From assembly GCF_003704095.1 (NCBI RefSeq), contig NW_020847472.1, positions 310,001 through 374,000 of the forward strand: 64,000 bases of DNA. Direction: 5' to 3'. Position numbers and translations under genes: made by a program. Every line of letters starts with the position of its first letter. Position 1 is the stretch's first letter. The notes under the pieces were generated by a model, which did no database searches, was not told the origin of the DNA, and saw only the letters and a program-made list of their open reading frames with translations. Origin of the DNA: Pocillopora damicornis (Eukaryota). Below, in pieces: positions 11,945 through 23,237 of this stretch.

Positions 11945-13651
11945 ATGAAACTACCGTCGATCTTTAACTCAGTCGAGAGAATGCTAAGTTTTGTTTTAAC
12001 ACGCGCTTGGCTGAGACTGTTTTTGTATTTTGCGTTCAGTTTCTTATTTTCCGGACTGCTCTTTCTTTTGCGAGCTAAATTTTCCTCGACGAAACATATA
12101 GGAGCTAATTATGAGTTCGAAAGAACTTCAACCGGCGTGGTTAATCTGCACAATGTAATGCAAAAGATCGCTTTGCCGGATAGTCAAGGGAAAATGGTGT
12201 ACAAAGCTTTAAGAGAAAGAGAGGTAAGGACAGGATTACCTACAAAGCTCCAATTCAGTAAATTAGGTGGATCTGCTCATATGGCGAGGGCTACCAAAGA
12301 GGAACATCAAGATTCTAAAATTGGGAAACCAGGAATGATTTATCTTTACGCTAAAACCACGAATTTAAGCCCAGGTACGTTAAAACACCGTCCACTTCAA
12401 ACGGAAAGTATATCGACTTCGTCAAGTATTAGCACCGTGAAGGCTCAAGCGACAACGGAGAGGTCAACAGCGGAAAAATACCCTACGTTGAAAGAAAGGT
12501 CAAATCTACCCTCGCAACAAGAAAAAAACCATGTCTATGGCGAACCGGGATGTCCCGATAACCCCTGGCGGGATGCCGGTTTGACAGAGCTCTTCCAAAA
12601 GTGGATTAACATTTCCAAACAATACAACATTGAATACGTTCTGTGCGGAGGTAGTCTCTTAGGGGCGATGCGAAATAACGATATAATCCCGTACGATTCT
12701 GACATAGACGTCTTGATTGATATCAATTACTTTACGACTATGAGAAGGCTGGCTGAGAGACGAAATTTTTCACGGTCAGACAGGAAGATCCATTTGGTGC
12801 TGCAACCAGAATTCACATTGAACATTCCAGTTGAAAAGAGGAAACGTTATGATTGTCAAGGCAAGGTATGTCATCGGTAGATGTCCTTTTAAAAACAGTC
12901 GATAAATGATCAATCGTTTATCTATTTGTTTACTCATTCATTTATTCTGACATCTAGTGGCCCTTTTAATTCAATAAGTCTGGCCTGTAGGCTATGTGAC
13001 AATCACGTCCATTTTCGACTTTTCGGTTTTTGAAAGATGCTGACATAGTACATTGTTCGTTTCAGACAGTCAGATTTTAAAACTTTGTAATGGCGCTGAG
13101 AAATTTTGAAAAGCATTTGCTTTATTTTGATCCACTTAAGTCCCCCACACAAACATTTACCTGATCATCCTCATGTCATAAGGACTGAGTGGAGCACAAC
13201 TCCTCAGGACGAATAATTCCAACCTGGCGATGCCCGATCCTATCAGTTAGCTTGTCAAAAGACATGTATTTAGATAGTAATTTCATCTGTAGGAACACAA
13301 AAACATTTTGGTTGCTTTGTCTTCCTATTACAGGTGGCGCCAAAGCTTATAGACGAATGTTCTTTCCAGGAGCCACTTGGAAGACTCTTCAAGGGAAACT
13401 TACACATTGACTTTTATCACTTTTACGATAGAGTGCTCTTTGTAGACGATCCAAGCGACGATAAACTCAAGCAGTACCCTAAGAAGGATTTTTATCCCTT
13501 TGAGCCGTGTAACTTCATGGGTTTTGAAGCGTCGTGTCCACGCAACCCTTGGGAAATTTCACGAATCTACTTCAATACTGACGATTTCCTTGAGCCTATT
13601 TATAAATGCAAGAATGGAACTTGGGTTGATGTGAACGGCAGAGCTGCGTAA
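11945..13651 (+). CDS. LicD/fukutin-family nucleotidyltransferase-fold protein, type II membrane, paralogue 1 (about 412 aa)
   Basis: Exons 11945-12865 and 13334-13651 (phase 0). N-terminal TM segment, Ser/Thr-rich stem, GGSLLGAMR, IPYDSDIDV (DxD), HIDFY and FMGFEASCPRNP. Confidence 0.88.
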
Positions 13652-14982
13652 GAGTTTTTAGATCATAGTACAATGCAGCCAAAAATACCTTTTTGGGGGC
13701 CTTTTTTATGCGATATCCCACTTTAAAAATATAAATAAACAATAACAACGGATTAAAGTATTTACGTGCCATTGGATATATCCTAACACACTGCCCCGTG
13801 CGTGGATAGTCACTAGCAGGCACCGTAAGAGTGCCTTCATGTAAAGGTTTCTAAGTTGAGAAAGAAAACAGACTATTAGAAATAAAAACATTTTCAGCTG
13901 TAAGTAAATTATTAACCCATAGGTAGATCTTCATGCACTTAAAACATCACATCAGTTTTGACCCCTGAGAGTGATTAACATCTAATTTCTCCTTACAATC
14001 TCACCCCTGAATCAACAATTAGGAGAATACGCAAACTGCTGGTTTTAGGGTTAAAATGGTTAAACAGCACTTTGTGTATATTCCTGCTGTCTTAAAGTAA
14101 ACTCAGTCTCCAATAAAGCGGGCAGTTTGCGATGAATTATATATTCACTCTGTAACGATGTCTGAGCCATGGGTTTCTCGACTGAAATAAGTGTTGAGGA
14201 TCCTGTGAGGAAACATCTGCTGTGCAGAAGTTAGGAGAAATAACTTTCGCTTTTTTAGGGATCCAACGCGTTTCGACCTCGAAAAAAAGAGCTATAAATA
14301 TTTAAAAGTAAACTGCATAACAACAACGGGGTATTATGATGGCAAGAGCCAAAAACTCGTCAAGATAGTCGGCGCGATCGACGAAGATCGATTAGTTAAA
14401 TATTTTACTCGAGCTCAAAATCATTTAAACAGCTGTAAGATTCTGTTGCGCCACTTTATTCGCTAATATGGTTTGAGTTTTATTTCAGTCGAAATTTTTG
14501 TTTGTACATCACCAGTGGTTGTTGTAATTATTTGATTATATGCACAGACTAAAAGGAATAAGTTACCAAAGCCTATGTCACGCAGTGTGAACACGAAAAA
14601 TTGCTTTGTAGCCACCCACGTAATTCTGAGGTTAACGACAGACCAGTGGCCACGAGGCAGAAATCTGGTTATAGGAAGAGGTCCACTCAGATATGGCTTA
14701 AGGAAACAATGAATTTGACCATCATACTTCCCTTTAGTGGCCAAGAATGAAAGGTAAGTTTCTGTCAGACGCTTCAGTTCGATCCCATATATTCAATGCT
14801 CACCCGTTTCCGGTGGATTAATGTCACTTTGTCCAAGAGATACAACATGGGAATTACTCAACCATGCGTTCAATGCTCCGTGTCAGTGATCTAAAATATT
14901 ACATCATAAGACAGTGAATATTGGGAATCCTTTGAGACCCAGGGGTTAACCTACAGAATACAAGGCCACTTTAAATCATCCA

Positions 14983-15330
14983 CCAAACGAGTCGGCTCGT
15001 TTGGCTCGTTTACTTCTTTGTTAACAATGCTGAGCCAAATGATCCAGTGAATAGATAAACGTAATACTCAACTTGCATTTTCATTACTCCTCGTTCTTTC
15101 ATCCAGTACCGAGCCGAACGAGCCACTAAATGCATAGAACTGAGACTTTATGCATACAGATTATTCCTCGTTCTTTTATCTACTGCCGAGCCAAACGAGC
15201 CACTAGCTTACGCGTATCTTCCATATTACTCGTTCTTATATCCACTACCAAGCCAAACGAGCCTCTAACTGACACTTATATTCAATATTACTCGTTCTTT
15301 TGTCCGCTGCCGAGCCGAACGAGCCACAAG
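14983..15330. repeat. Degenerate minisatellite of about 62-bp period; each unit has a CTCGTT..AACGAG hairpin
   Basis: Units (att)actcgttct..ac.(a/g)ccgagcc(a/g)aacgagccac at about 15083, 15160, 15225 and 15287, a decayed unit at about 15005-15048, and an inverted core at 14992-15007. Confidence 0.8.
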
Positions 15331-16746
15331 ATATACTTCCTTTAAAAGCGGCCTTGTACTGTACTCTTGCTCCAACCCAGGTTCGTTTTGCTTCATTGAA
15401 GAATCACGTTCGTTTCACTTCGTGCCTCGAGAGGACAAACTACCACTTCTCTCTTGTCGGTAAAATAGCTCTCAGGTCCGGATCCACCGATATTGGAATT
15501 ACCATCGCCTCGAATCAAGCTAACAAAAGTCTTAATTAGTATGCTGTTTAATCACCATATGTATTTGTATTTCAAAATTCTAAATTAATTACCCGCCGAG
15601 TTGCTTTCGTATCGTAGATACAATAGCGTTAGATTCTAACTTCATCGATCATTTTGCGATTTATAACGTGCACGGTGATTTGGGAAACGGTTTTCATATA
15701 CTTATAATTTCATCGCTAATAGGAAAAAACAGAGAAAGGTGGTTACGAGAAAGTTTTGTGAATTACAATACCTCGTTCTTTTCAAAAGAAAATGGTGTTG
15801 CGTGACATCACCCTTATATTGAGTTGTGATTAAATATGAAGTGACTTGCAACCTGCAAGGGCGTAGCCAGCTGTTCGACTTGTCGTAATTCTGCAGCCTA
15901 AGGAAGTTCAATATTTGTTTCAACATTTACAAAAGTCATATTACAAAAGTAAAGAAAGTGGAAAAAAAACTGCAGGCCCATGGGCCTAAGGCTGGCTGCG
16001 CCGCTGACCTGCGATAAGCAGTTCTTCGTTCGAGAGAAGCGCCATGGTTTAGCAGCACAAGGGCTTCTAACTTAAGATTTATGAATTCAAAGTTTCAAAC
16101 ACCCTTGCAAATCATGGAATGCATTGAAGAATATCAATTGCTAAGAAAGAAAATTTTTTCCCAAGATATAAAAAATATTTAGTCAAAAATTTCGATTAAA
16201 TTTTGCTCTTTTTTTGCCGGACAATATATCAGCTGTAAGCAAGCGAGGAATGGAATGGAAGGATGAGAGAATTTGATAAAGCTATGCAAATCCGAGATGG
16301 AACGCCACTACCAGGTTAACCGTTCGAAAGGGCGTTCAGGCTGAGATTAACCAAAATTTTAACACCTTAAGAACACATCTTGGCTGAGAGTCAGTAAAGA
16401 ACATCTTCATTTTGCTCTTTATATTGTGTGAAAAGTTTGAAGGTAAAAGAAATGTAAAACTGTGGTCTAACAAGACAATAAACTCAACTACTTTGGGGCC
16501 TTTTTTTAACATTAACGATGCGGTTTTCTTATTGCACGATAAGCTGAAGAACGACCCAGTTTGTAGTCGAACACAGTCTGGTCACGTCCGAATCAATTTA
16601 TTTCAATACTATATCTCACGACTTTGAGAACATGTTAAGAAATTTTTTTTAGGCTCAAATTGCGAAAAAAAAATAAGGATGTTCAGCCCAAGCCTTAAAA
16701 TTAGACGTTCTCCCTTCGCAACACACAGGGAACGGATTGGGTTACA

Positions 16747-16950
16747 TTAACCCTTTACACCCTCACATCAGCATGCATTTTCTCTTTACTGTTGTATGCA
16801 TTTCCCGAGGTGCTAACAAGGAGAATTTGTTTAAAAATCAAGTGCTTCTTTAGTTCTTGATCATTTCCTTTATTCATGTCACCTTAATATGTGAATCAGG
16901 GTCGGTATTGTAAGGAGTAACTAGATGCCAGTCACTCTTAGGGGTCAAAT
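16747..16950. mobile_element. TTAA MITE, reverse orientation relative to 35376-35587
   Basis: ttaaccctttacacc..gagaatttgtttaa..tcatttcctttattc..ccttaatatgtgaatcagg..cactcttaggggtcaaa. Confidence 0.7.
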
Positions 16951-17161
16951 GATGTGACGTTAAATGTTAACACTGAGTGCATGAAGATGAACATATGGGA
17001 TGGCAATTTACTTACATCAGAAGCCATTTTTGAAAATTATAGTGTGTTTTCTTTTTTAACTTAGAAGCCTTCAAATAAAGACTTTACCGTCCTCAAATTG
17101 GAGCACTGTAATCATCACTACTGAAATTCTGAGTGAACTGAAGATTGACAGCATCCCACTT

Positions 17162-19715
17162 ATGACAGCCTTCAGTGCTCTTCAGACTTGGAAATGTTAC
17201 TTCTTCTCAACGTTTGTCGCGGTTGGAATTTTAAGCCTCTTTTACATTTTCCGGCTAGAAGTGGCTGATTCCTATATCTTTAAACAGTTGTTTCGAAAGA
17301 GAAACGTACCTGACAATGAAACGAGCTCATATATAATGATAAATGAAACTAATGCAGAGATTGCAAACCACATTTTCACAAATGCTTATAGACCGACCAC
17401 GCCCGCATCAGTTGAAGAGGAAAGAAGTATTGGAGTTCAGAATGTAGAGATTACAAGGCCCGGGTTCATATCTTGCAAAGGCAATGCAACACGGGAAGCA
17501 TACGGGGACTCAGATTGTTCTGATAACTCAAGGCGAGACAATTTGTGCCATCTTCTTCGTGCCTGGACTATTGCAGCCAAGGAACACAACATTATTTACA
17601 CTTTAGCTGCAGGGAGTCTTATTGGAATGCTACGCAATAACGATCTAATTCCCTGGGATACAGATATCGACATATTCCTCCACGTGAAATATTTCCCGCT
17701 TTTGCAAAAATGGGAGAAAGAGAAAATGTTTACAAGTCTTGAAGAATCAATCTATCTGGCGACTCAGCCAGGACCAGTAAATAATGTTCCCGAGGAAAAA
17801 AGAACGCGTCACAACTGTAACGGAAAGGTAAGTTGGCTCCTGAAATATATCTCGGCGGTCTCACTTGAGCACCACTTACAAAAAGACTTCAATATTAACC
17901 CACTTCTTGTCGCACGTGCGCGGATGAGTATTATGACAGCAATGTTTCAAATCAGTTGTTCTCATGTTTACTCGACCTTCCTCTGGGTTCCCAAGCGTCC
18001 ACCAGGTTTCCCCAAAGCGAAGCTTTTAAGAGTTCTGTAAGGAACTGAAATGTTCCGGCCCAGACCCGACTCCTCCCAAACCTCTCACAAGCTCGCTTCA
18101 TTCGCCGGCTTAAAACCTGCGGGCTTCGCTGCACGTGCCGAGGCACTTATAAAAGACCGTTCGTATGCTAGAACACAGCGGTCGAACGTCGAGCATGCGC
18201 GACGGGATCAATTTTGGTCGGCCGCGCTTCATTTTCGCGCGCAAAAATTCAAAGGAAAACATAAGAACCAACCGCCATCTCGCAAGATTAGCGAAAGATT
18301 TCTGAAACTTTTATCGAAATCTGTAAAAGGAAAACAACAGTATAGAAAAAGAAAACTGGAGGTCAGAGCTTATTTAAGTCCAGGTATTCGGCTGGTTTAC
18401 CATTCTGTTTTGAGCTGTATCAAAAAAGGTTATACACTTTTAAAATAGCATGATTTACTCGCTTGTGTGGTCATTTGCAACTCGTTGATTCAACTTAGTT
18501 CCGACACTCCATGAAAAGGCGCCACCTTATCGTTACAGCGTTCGCACAAGCGCAGACGTTTGACAGCTGTTTTGTATGCTAGTCTATTACTAACTTTCTG
18601 ATAAAGCCTGGTTTCCTGATTATTCTACAAATCGTCAGGATTGTCCTTTTAGTGTCAAAAAAAAAAAAAAAAAATTCAAGACAGCCAGAATATCACATCG
18701 ACCAGACAATCGGGTCGATCACGTTAGCCCCATTAAACAGAGTACTATTCGATTGTGTGAGTCTTACGTGATAATCTGAGTAGTGTTTATAAATCATCGT
18801 CTTGATTGTCTCGAAATATTTTTGCGACAATTGGAATGTTCTCGAAGATCATAAAACTGTGGAAACCAGGCTTTAAGTGACAAATTTGTTATTCCAAGTC
18901 TTAGAAAGTAAAGCATCTGATCTGGCCAAGGTACACATATCGTCAAATTTTGTAGTGTGAAGTTAACCTTTTCCTTAGACAAATAGCCAACAACCTCCCA
19001 TATCCGGAAGCTCGGGCAAGTATGGACTATAGCCATACATTTAATACCGAAAAATTTTGACGCTTCTAGGTCATAAGCTTCTGATTTAATATTGAGCTAT
19101 TTTCAATCACTTTTCAGCTTAATGTTGGCCAATTGGCAGTAGCTGTCGATTCTAATGACAACATTAAGGAGTACTTACATATTTGATTCGTGGTTCCTCT
19201 CCCTTTATCGAGTTAGTCCTAAGCCTGGGCCCTACCCCCNNNNNNNNNNNNNNNNNNNNNNNNNNNNNNNNNNNNNNNNNNNNNNNNNNNNNNNNNNNNN
19301 NNNNNNNNNNNNNNNNNNNNNNNNNNNNNNNNNNNGTTCATGCAGGTTTCCACTCACCCTAAATACGAAGACGTTGACAAATTTGTGATTCTCTTCTCAT
19401 CAGGTGACGTCAAGTTACTCAGACATGTGCTCTTTTCTAGAGCCTATGGCGAGGTTAATAAGAGGAAATTGCTTTATTGACTTTTTTCATTATGAAGAAA
19501 AAGACGACATGGTGGTAGAGCATAAAGAAAATCTTGCTGTTAGCATGCATAAATATACAGATTTCTATCCCTTTAGGCCGTGCGTTTTCATGGGTTTTTC
19601 AGTTTCATGTCCAAACAAACCCTTGGAAGTTTTACGAGTTACTTACAATAGTAAGTCTGACATGAGGAAACCGCCCAAAGTTTGTAAGAATGGTAACTGG
19701 GTTTCTAATAAATGA
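17162..19715 (+). CDS. LicD/fukutin-family protein, type II membrane, paralogue 2 (about 325 aa)
   Basis: Exons 17162-17827 and 19404-19715, with the same phase-0 intron after CxGK as paralogue 1. AGSLIGMLR, IPWDTDIDI, FIDFF and FMGFSVSCPNKP. Confidence 0.88.
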
Positions 19716-19810
19716 AAACTAACAAACAAACTTTAACCTACAACTTTTGACTTGGTTGTAGAATGGCGTATTATTTTGTCACTAGTTAATAAGTTTTGTT
19801 TTTACAGGAA

Positions 19811-19894
19811 GTTCTTGATTTTATCTTGATCTACCGGTTTGCACCATTTTTCGTTCTTGATTTTAACTTGATCTACCGGTTTTGCACCATTTTT
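19811..19894 (+). repeat. Tandem duplication of a 42-bp unit downstream of the LicD-2 stop
   Basis: gttcttgatttta(t/a)cttgatctaccggttt(t)gcaccattttt occurs twice. Confidence 0.9.
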
Positions 19895-22529
19895 AAATTA
19901 CCTGTCTGTATATGTGACTTTTCCAACACGTGTAGTTCAGTGGAGTCGCGAGTAAGGAGTTAAGTTTCAAGTTTCAAGTATTTCCTATTCGATTAGGGAA
20001 AATTTTTATTCGATCAATGAACGCCAATCGAGTTTATAAAATTGTTAATCAGCCAAAGACTAGTTCTAAGTGAGGTTTTGGGAGTATAAAAGTCATTAAA
20101 GAGATCATATTCATATCTAGGCTTAGTTTTAAAGAGACTGACAGGTAATCTGTCCCGAGGAAAATTAATCGAGTGTTGCATGGTTCATGCTGAAAGGGAA
20201 GCGGGGCAGTGAATGAATAATGTATGGTCAGGAAGGCTGGGTGTGGCGACAAGCGTAAACAGCGGGACAGTTGAGGAAAAAAAAAATATGAAGGAGTGGG
20301 GACCCTTCCTTGAAACCCGCGGATTTTCTCTGACCCTTTCTTTCGTTTGGGTCTGCTGACTTTTTGAGAGCCTGCCACTGGCTCTTTTCAGGTCGTCTTT
20401 TTGTTTACATATGCACTGGGAAAACCAAAATTTTTAGTGGTTGGGGTGAGATTTCAATACAGCCTCGTGCCTCTGAAGAATAGCACTGAGAAAAATTGGA
20501 GAGGGATCACAAAATGTGAAACATATAGAGTCCTATTCCTTTAAGGAAAATCCAGTAAGCTGATGAGGCTTATCATGAGATGTGATGAACTCATGAGCTT
20601 GTGGAAACGTTTACTTTACCTACTCCTCTCCTGTAATTTCTTTTCATAATTTTCCCCAATTTGCTCGAGCAGATTTTCCGAGAGTTCGGTATACTAGCAC
20701 ATTTCACCATTTCTGATATTTTGTGGAAGGCTAAGTAATATCCATTAAATAAACATTGCAAAGACTTTCTTTCAAGGAAGCATATCTTATATCTTCAATC
20801 AAATGCCTCATCGAGTGCGCATCATTTTGTGATTTCGTGTATTTTTCATCATTAAATGTTCTGATAGTCCTCTTGCAAGACTCAAAAGAAAGACCAAAGA
20901 TTTCAAAGGTAAAGTTTTCTTCTTGAGTGCTCTCAACGCATGTACTCCTTGAGATTAATCTATCTAGTTTTATGTGTAAAAATTGCCAAAATTGTCTTCT
21001 TCCTGCCATTAATAGATAGAGAGAAATACAAAAGCTGACTAAGAACTCGAAATTTCTCAAGGAATACCATGTTCTACACAATTCATTCACTATTTTAAAG
21101 AATCTTAATTTTCAAAATAGCTTCATTCGGGTCTTATTCAAATCATTTGATTATCATTTATTAAGCCATCATCCCACGGAGGATAACCTATGACATCTAA
21201 TACTGAATTGTCGCTAAGCATCAGGATGTACCGTGCAAAGTATAAGAAGGTGTTTTGACCAAAATGTCCATTGTCACGATGTTCATCCCGGTAATTTCAT
21301 GTTTAAAATAAACATTCTGAAGTAAAAATAATTTTCACCCTATGATAAGCAAACTCATTTTCATCGTTAAATACGGATTTCTTATGCAAGAGTAGCTGCA
21401 ATATACGCGGGGAACAAAGGGATTATCTACTTTTTCTAAATCACTAGGAAAATGGGTTTTTGTAGGCCTCTTGTTTAAACGTCTCTGTCAGCTGTTGTGT
21501 GCCCAGTGGTGTCGCTATTTACAGATCAGTGTAATGGCTTTGTAATAAAACTAAGGAAATTTAAAGATCTGATAGGCATCAGAATTAGTGTTGAGTAAAA
21601 CAACAACGTTATCTAGAATCAATGGCTGGGTCTTGCAAAGGGAAGCAAAAAAAAATTATTTGTGGCCATCACATACCTTAAATTTAATTTTTAGAGCTCT
21701 GTATATTTAATTGTTCACAGCCTTGATATACTTTGTGAAAGGAAGTTACATTTTTCTTATGTCAAAAACTTGAAGGTCATGGTTTTCTTAAAATTCTCTT
21801 CCGACTTGAGCTTTGAACTACCATTTGCCAAAATAGCCATTTATACTCTAGGGGTACCTTCTGAGAGGTTGCTGGTAAATGTGGTTGTAAACTAGGTTCT
21901 ATTTCTTTGAAATGGTCACTGATTTTTTCGGTAAATCTTGCAGTAGATTGTGTTTGCATTGTATGATTTATCTCAAGAAAATGGTGTTTGATCTTCCGCA
22001 CGAAAAATCACGGACCCTTACGTCTGCCATTAAATTGCGAAGCCAAATGTCGCCATCGTTGTTTGCTAGTGATGTTAACGTGCGGTAATTGCTCACTAAA
22101 TATTGAGGTTGCTTGACGCTGATCACGAAATTTAATTTCAGGGAGTTCACAAATAATATTCTTTCTTATGCACGAAAAGAGCAGTGAGCACATCATACGT
22201 TCCCTGATAAATGAATGTAAGCAATTTCTCGATTTTCCTACAATCAACATGGAGCCTGCCTGTGTGAATAGAGGGAAGTGGGGGGGAGGGTACTCCTTCC
22301 AATATCTCTTTAAAAATGTGCTATCATTTTTACACAAAAGGAGAGGAAATTGTATGTTTTCAATAAAAACAACGGAAATTATCGCGTAGGATGATTTGAA
22401 TTAAAAGTAACAATCTCTTACATCTCTCATTTTTTACGCTGCCATTCCACTTCTCGAGAGACCTATCGCATTTCGAACGTTTTGCTGATAAAAATCTTAC
22501 TTGAGGAAATTAAAGTTTTTATGACTTGG

Positions 22530-22537
22530 TATAAATA
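22530..22537 (+). promoter_or_regulatory. Candidate TATA box of the WSC-like gene
   Basis: TATAAATA about 80 bp upstream of a strong donor (aag|gtaagt at 22619) that would join the acceptor at 23210, just before the ATG at 23238. Confidence 0.45.
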
Positions 22538-23237
22538 TCACTCACTTTCATGTCGTAGACGGAAGGGAAAACTTTAATCGCCCTTTCTTGATATTCGTCA
22601 CTCCTGAGGAAAAAGAAGGTAAGTTCAAATGAGGCTAGAGCTTTTATCTCGTAATTCTGGAAAAACTAGATGTTAGATACCAATCGTATACTTTGACTGA
22701 TTCCAAATTCGAACTTCATCGATGTTATGAAATAATGCTGGATCATCTGTGCCTCAGCTTACAATTTTCGTGTTAGTGTGGCAGTTTGGAAAAGAGCCAT
22801 TCTCGCGCGAGCCAAGAGTAAAGGCGGAGCCCTACAATTAAGAAAATAATGTGAAAGAAAGCCACCTGTTTAGTGACGAAAAATAAGGATGGATAATAAT
22901 TTCATCAGCGTAAGATTAAAAACACACATACACTCATAAAGAGTCTAATATTGTTAATTTTTTGACCAAAGGACAATTTCTAGTCAATTCATACCGTAAG
23001 CTTTCAAATGAGAAGTTATCTTTCTAAAAATGCAAAATCGCCATTTGCAGAATCCGTTCTTAAACTGATTTGAGAACCACAAGTTCTGTAAAATAGTAAA
23101 TTCAGAGTTAAGGCTTCATATTTTAACGTTGATCCAATTTATATATTCGCCATTAAATAACCTATCAACCTTTTCAGAGAAAGAGTGCACTTGTTCATTT
23201 TCCTTTCTAGGTAAAGGAGGACTCAGTATCTTTGGAA

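Noticed and set aside
14983-15330. CRISPR-like repeat-spacer array
   Set aside because: The linkers are homologous to each other (two adjacent ones match at 14/20 nt), the repeats are degenerate, the context is eukaryotic and there are no cas genes. It is a minisatellite.
17900-18570. GC-richer stretch with ORF 18050-18448 in the LicD-2 intron
   Set aside because: No recognisable domain, TIR or TSD that I could establish. Possibly a transposon remnant, but unsupported.
3958-19715. Recent horizontal transfer or contamination for IPK and the LicD genes
   Set aside because: They have spliceosomal introns, host-like composition and host repeats in or around them, and both families are known in animals.
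20560-20600. CTGATGA motif as another hammerhead
   Set aside because: No helix II/GAAA/NUH arrangement follows; the same applies to the CTGATGA at about 55538.
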